From Candidatus Poribacteria bacterium (lineage in GTDB: Bacteria > Poribacteria > WGA-4E > WGA-3G): DNA of 64,000 bases. A model generated the notes under the pieces. The model was not told the DNA's origin. It saw nothing but the letters and a program-made list of their open reading frames with translations, and searched no databases. This document shows, in pieces, positions 58,961 through 64,000 of the stretch. The position numbers and the translations under genes are program-made. The DNA lies in assembly GCA_965214095.1 (NCBI GenBank), contig OZ243938.1, positions 4,000,001-4,064,000 of the forward strand. Direction: 5' to 3'. Within the stretch, counting starts at the first letter, position 1. Each line of letters opens with the position of its first letter.

Positions 58961-59686
58961 CTAACGCCATTTTCTACTTTCTACCATGAGTGTACTCAGA
59001 TATAGAAAAAATCCAGTGATTGTTAAATAGTATATAATATCTCGTGAATCAATGACTCCGCGTAGGATACTACTATAGTGAACACCGAGTCCAAGATAAC
59101 TAAATATTGGAAATAACCAATTGGGAGTGCTAAAAAGCACAATGTCCTCTCCGATAATCAGTAAAGCAAAGCATGCAGAAATCCCAAGAATAAATGCGAC
59201 AATTTGGTTCTCAGTAATCGTTGAAGCAAATAATCCGATAGACAGGTATGCACCACCCATCAAGAGAAGTCCGATGTAACCACATATAATAGTGCCACCA
59301 TCCGGATCACCCAGAACTATGACAGCAATTGGAAGTGCAAGTGAAAAGAGTGCAGTTACTGCGAGCAACCCAAAACTTGCAAGAAATTTTCCTACAACTA
59401 CCTCATAGTCCTTTAGCGGCAAGGTCATGAGTATTTCTGCTGTACCGATCTTTTTCTCCTCCGCCCAAAGTTTCATGGTAACAGAAGGAATAAAGAATAA
59501 AAAAATCCACGGCATTAACCCAAAGAATCCTCGCATTTCGGCTTGACCACTAATGAAAAAAGTTCTGAAGAAAAGCCATGATGAAATAGCAAGGAAAAAT
59601 GTAATAAAGATATATGCAATGGGTGAATTGAAATAACTTCTAAATTCTTTTTTGAAAATTGCGTTGATGTTTTGCATAGTATTCAA
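58961..59686 (-). CDS. GldF-like ABC-2 permease
   Basis: KEFRSYFNSPIAY, AEEKKIGT.E.L.T.P, RGVIDSRD. Confidence 0.9.
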   Translation of the reverse strand: MNTMQNINAIFKKEFRSYFNSPIAYIFITFFLAISSWLFFRTFFISGQAEMRGFFGLMPWIFLFFIPSVTMKLWAEEKKIGTAEILMTLPLKDYEVVVGKFLASFGLLAVTALFSLALPIAVIVLGDPDGGTIICGYIGLLLMGGAYLSIGLFASTITENQIVAFILGISACFALLIIGEDIVLFSTPNWLFPIFSYLGLGVHYSSILRGVIDSRDIIYYLTITGFFLYLSTLMVESRKWR

Positions 59687-59737
59687 TCTTATTTTCGGTG
59701 TAGGGTGTTCAAGGAACGACTAATATAATTTTCGGTA

Positions 59738-60730
59738 TTATTCTTCTTCAGATGAATCCCTTTCTTCTATTATGCTATTAGAGGGTGTATGACTGTTTAT
59801 TCCTGTTGTAAAGTGAAGGAATATATTTTCCAAATCAATCGTTTCATGGTGAAGTTCAACGAGATCCCATTGGTTTTGTTGTGCAGCGTGGAATAATTTG
59901 CTTGACGCATCATACCCCTCTTGTGAGGTCGTTATTTCATAACTCACGACACCGTTATCTGTCTTCACATGGGCAACCCCAGTCACGCCATCCAAATCTC
60001 TTAATTGAGGTGTGATTTCTTCCTCAGTTCCTCTGATAGTAAGATGTACCTTATCCTCACTCCGAACTTGTTCAATTAGGTCCTCTAATGTGCCGTTTGC
60101 AACTATCTTACCTTGATTGATCATCAGAATTCGGCTACATGTTGCGGCAACTTCAGGTAAAATGTGTGTGCTGAATAGAACAAGTTTCTCTTTCCCCATC
60201 TCAATAATCAAGTTTCGAATCTCAATAGTTTGGGTAGGGTCAAGTCCAGATGTAGGTTCATCTAATATCAGGATAGGTGGGTCGTGGATGAGACTTTGTG
60301 CTAATCCGACGCGTTGTCGGTAACCTTTGGAGAGTTCACCAATGTCTTTTTGTATTACCCCTTCAAGTCCACATATATCAATGACCGTATTAATTCGTTC
60401 TTTGCGTTGACTCTTAGGTATATCACGAACTTCCGCCATAAATTTGAGGTATTCAACTACTCCCATATCTACATATAGCGGTGCACTTTCAGGGAGGTAA
60501 CCGACATTTTTCCTGACATCAATGGGGTGTTCAAGGACATTGTAACCGGCAACGGTAGCATTCCCAGCATCTGCGGTGAGATAGCAGGTGAGGATACGCA
60601 TTGTCGTAGTCTTGCCAGCACCGTTCGGGCCAATGAATCCTACAACTTCTCCAGCTTTAGCATCAAATGAGACTTGGTCAACAGCAAGCGTTGGTCCGTA
60701 AGATTTGGTAAGTTCTCTGACTTCAATCAT
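59738..60730 (-). CDS. GldA-like ABC ATP-binding protein
   Basis: GPNGAGKTT, LSKGYRQR, ILDEPTSGLDP. Confidence 0.93.
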   Translation of the reverse strand: MIEVRELTKSYGPTLAVDQVSFDAKAGEVVGFIGPNGAGKTTTMRILTCYLTADAGNATVAGYNVLEHPIDVRKNVGYLPESAPLYVDMGVVEYLKFMAEVRDIPKSQRKERINTVIDICGLEGVIQKDIGELSKGYRQRVGLAQSLIHDPPILILDEPTSGLDPTQTIEIRNLIIEMGKEKLVLFSTHILPEVAATCSRILMINQGKIVANGTLEDLIEQVRSEDKVHLTIRGTEEEITPQLRDLDGVTGVAHVKTDNGVVSYEITTSQEGYDASSKLFHAAQQNQWDLVELHHETIDLENIFLHFTTGINSHTPSNSIIEERDSSEEE

Positions 60731-61017
60731 TGCATATAATATTTCTTTTTAATGTATTAATATTGAGATGTGGTTGGTGAAAAGGATTTCAAACCAACGT
60801 CATATCAGGATAAAACCTTAATAATATTATCATGTTAATCTCTGAATGTCAAGGAAAAATAAATGTATTCATCTGAGACATCTAATTGTCAGAATGCAGT
60901 ATGTGATTCCTGCTGCTGTCTCTAACAAAATATCAATATTTATGTAGGTTACAAACAGAAAGGACAGGTATAAATACCTGTCCCATTAAATAATAATTGT
61001 GTATGACAGAGATAAAT

Positions 61018-61419
<402 letters not shown>

Positions 61420-61638
61420 TTAGATTATCTTATAGTTGTTTGATGAGTGGATATGAAACTATCCTCACCAATAAATTCAGATATTAACTTGACGATTGCC
61501 TATATTTTGCACCTTGATAAATGCATGATGTAGAACCCCGCTCTGTGAAATAAATTGATAACCTACCTGCCAACTTATGTGTATCAATACTATATGTTAT
61601 TTCTCAGCACAGGGTTCTCACCTTACACAAAATGTGTT

Positions 61639-63060
61639 CTATATATCATGATAGAGGAAGAATTCATAAGGATGCGGACGTATATTAACGGCATCTACCT
61701 CATTTTCGCGTTTGTAATCAATCCAAACATCCAGTACATCTTCAGTAAAGACATCGCCCTTGAGAAGATATTCGTGGTCATCCTCAAGTGCATCAAGTGC
61801 ATCTCCAAGAGAAACAGGCGTAGATTCAATATCATCAAGTTCCTCTGGTTCAAGGTCGTATAGGTCTTTATCCAACGGATCCCCTGGATGGATTCTGTTC
61901 TGAATTCCGTCAAGTCCTGCCATAAGCAATGCACTGAATGCAAGGTATGGGTTACAAGACGGATCCGGTGTTCTGAATTCAACCCGTTTTGCCTTTTCAC
62001 TCTTGGAATATACAGGAATACGGACACAGGCACTACGGTTTCTCTGTGAATAAGCAATATTGACAGGTGCTTCATACCCAGGAACTAAACGCTTATAGGA
62101 ATTGGTCGTCGGGGCAATGATTGCGCATAATGAACGCGCATGTGCCAATAAACCACCGATCCAATAAAGTGCTGTTTCACTGAGAAGTGAGTAACCTTGT
62201 GGATCAAAGAATACATTCTTTCCATCTTTCCACAAACTTGTGTGTACATGCATTCCCGAACCGTTATCTTGGAAGAGCGGTTTGGGCATGAAAGTAGCGA
62301 CTAAATTATGAGAACGGGCAACGTTTTTAACGATGTATTTGTACAACGCGATTTTATCACCGACCGTTGTTAGTGTATCATAACGGATGTCAATTTCACC
62401 TTGTCCTGCCGTTCCTACTTCGTGGTGATGGACTTCTACATCAATACCGGATTCAATAAGTTTCAGACAGATTTCAGACCGGATGTCTTGAAGTGTATCT
62501 GATGGTGGAACAGGGAAATATCCTTCTTTATATCTCGGTTTGTAACCGAGGTTAGGATTTTCTTCACGTCCAGAATTCCAACTACCTTCAACTGAATCTA
62601 CGTGATAAAAACCTGAATTCGGTGTCTGGCTGTAACGTATATCGTTCAATAGATAGAATTCTGCTTCAGGTCCCCAAAAACTTGTATCGGCAATGCCAGT
62701 GGACTGAAGGTATGCTTCAGCTTTCTGTGCAATATGCCGCACATCACGCGTGTAATTCTCCAATGTAATTGGGTCTTTTATATTACAGGTAATACTCAAT
62801 GTTGGGATTTGACATACTGGATCAACCAACGCAGTTGCGGGATCGGGAAATAGCAACATATCACTCTCGTTGATCGCCTGAAAGCCACGGATACTTGACC
62901 CATCAAAACCAATACCTTCTGTAAATAGGTCTTCGCTCAATTCATCAACCATAATAGAAAAGTGTTGCCACATTCCCGGCAGGTCCATGAATTTTAGGTC
63001 AACTACTTTAACATTATTTTCTTTTGCAAGTGCAACCACCTCACTTGGTGTCATTCGCAT
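61639..63060 (-). CDS. glnA: Glutamine synthetase type I
   Basis: FDGSSI, HHEV, TFMPKP..DNGSGMH, NRSACVRIP, adenylylation-site DLYDL. Confidence 0.98.
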   Translation of the reverse strand: MRMTPSEVVALAKENNVKVVDLKFMDLPGMWQHFSIMVDELSEDLFTEGIGFDGSSIRGFQAINESDMLLFPDPATALVDPVCQIPTLSITCNIKDPITLENYTRDVRHIAQKAEAYLQSTGIADTSFWGPEAEFYLLNDIRYSQTPNSGFYHVDSVEGSWNSGREENPNLGYKPRYKEGYFPVPPSDTLQDIRSEICLKLIESGIDVEVHHHEVGTAGQGEIDIRYDTLTTVGDKIALYKYIVKNVARSHNLVATFMPKPLFQDNGSGMHVHTSLWKDGKNVFFDPQGYSLLSETALYWIGGLLAHARSLCAIIAPTTNSYKRLVPGYEAPVNIAYSQRNRSACVRIPVYSKSEKAKRVEFRTPDPSCNPYLAFSALLMAGLDGIQNRIHPGDPLDKDLYDLEPEELDDIESTPVSLGDALDALEDDHEYLLKGDVFTEDVLDVWIDYKRENEVDAVNIRPHPYEFFLYHDI

Positions 63061-63168
63061 TTCCTCCTAATGAATCAAAATTTTGCAATCATATCATACG
63101 TACGTGAAGCGTTATCATATTGATTGTACAAAGTAAAAAATTCGATATAATTCTTATGAAGTGAACTG

Positions 63169-63185
63169 TGCAATGTCTATGCCAA
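63169..63185 (-). promoter_or_regulatory. Sigma-54 promoter of glnA
   Basis: Minus strand TTGGCATAGACATTGCA with correct -24 GG/-12 GC spacing. Confidence 0.85.
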
Positions 63186-63325
63186 TATGAAAAACACCTT
63201 AATAAAAGCGCGTTGAATACGCTTTGTTGAGGACAGGTTCATACCCTATTTAGTATGAACATAGATAGAAATGTCGTTTTAATAGAAATGTAAAAATATA
63301 TAATACAAGCCCAAGCGAAAATATA

Positions 63326-63365
63326 TGCTAAATTATTAGGCATAAAATTGCCCAAAATTTCAGCA
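63326..63365. promoter_or_regulatory. Two NtrC-like enhancer sites
   Basis: TGCTAAATTATTAGGCA (63326-63342) and TGCCCAAAATTTCAGCA (63349-63365), both TGC-N11-GCA, 140-180 bp upstream of the sigma-54 site. Confidence 0.65.
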
Positions 63366-63368
63366 GAA

Positions 63369-63962
63369 TTAGGAAGATTTGTCTTGTTTTAATTCAACAT
63401 CTTCAGCAAATCTGCTTGTTTCAGGTCCATCTTGCCCAGCATATTTATTCGACGGTTTGTGTCGGTAAGGCATACTTGATGGTGAAGAAAGTTGTTCAAA
63501 TGTAAAGGCACAAATCCGCATACCTGGATAAAGCATTACTGGCATTCTGCCCAGATTTCCTAACTCCAACGTAGCATTTCCTACCCAACCGGGGTCGAAT
63601 AGTCCTGCGGTACTGTGGACGATAATCCCAAGTCTTCCGAGACTGCTGCGTCCTTCAAGTCGCGCCATCACATCGTCTGCTAATTCAAGCTTTTCATGCG
63701 TTGCGGCGAGAACAAACTCACCTGGTTGCATCGTAAATGCCTCTCCATCAGGGACCATAACTTTTCGCATGAGATCATCCGCATCCACCTTTTCCTTCAA
63801 ATCAATAAACGGATGTTTGCTATGTTCAAAAACGCGAAAAATATTACCTAATCTGAAATCAATTGAACAACTACCCCATTGTGTTTCTGAATCTGGTTCA
63901 GGGTTGATCTTTATTTTTCCTTGGCGTATATATTGTTCTATGTCTACATTTGATAATACCAT
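63369..63962 (-). CDS. dcd: dCTP deaminase
   Basis: SIDFRLG, EGRSSLGRLG, TAGLFDPG, TLEL, KYAGQ. Confidence 0.95.
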   Translation of the reverse strand: MVLSNVDIEQYIRQGKIKINPEPDSETQWGSCSIDFRLGNIFRVFEHSKHPFIDLKEKVDADDLMRKVMVPDGEAFTMQPGEFVLAATHEKLELADDVMARLEGRSSLGRLGIIVHSTAGLFDPGWVGNATLELGNLGRMPVMLYPGMRICAFTFEQLSSPSSMPYRHKPSNKYAGQDGPETSRFAEDVELKQDKSS

Positions 63963-64000
63963 ATTATTATATTACCATTAATTTGAAATGATGTCACGTT

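Noticed and set aside
63061-63160. Glutamine riboswitch in the glnA 5' UTR
   Set aside because: Only a weak AT-rich stem; I could not match the known motif by eye. An Rfam scan would settle it.

Overview
A ~38-40% GC bacterial chromosomal window with about 50 genes and no rRNA, tRNA, CRISPR array or intact transposase detected by eye. Gene content (ECF-sigma/WD40 fusions, secreted WD40 propellers, a PhyH dioxygenase, many small secreted glycan-binding-type proteins with a shared C-terminal tail) suggests Candidatus Poribacteria; this is inference. Housekeeping genes: hisI-trpE-trpG, panB, sucD, proS, pgk, sucC, lptFG, ggt, a GldAFG-like ABC operon, glnB-glnA (sigma-54 promoter plus NtrC-like sites) and dcd. 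Best candidates for new biology: (1) an unannotated 30-aa leader peptide with a W-H-W-W-H core and a full terminator/antiterminator upstream of the mixed hisI-trpE-trpG operon, i.e. a probable dual His/Trp attenuator; (2) a ~17-aa C-terminal tail (V-x-x-x-G-K-[LI]-x-x-x-W-x-x-[LM]-K) on five signal-peptide proteins of four unrelated types, a candidate protein-sorting signal; (3) membrane-tethered ECF sigma-WD40 sensors with a conserved putative self-promoter; (4) two families of short TIR elements carrying GTAG-REP hairpins, one nested in the other; (5) an Rpn-family gene with an internal RBS/start plus a leaderless mini-Rpn; (6) an SH3-like domain split by nested repeats.
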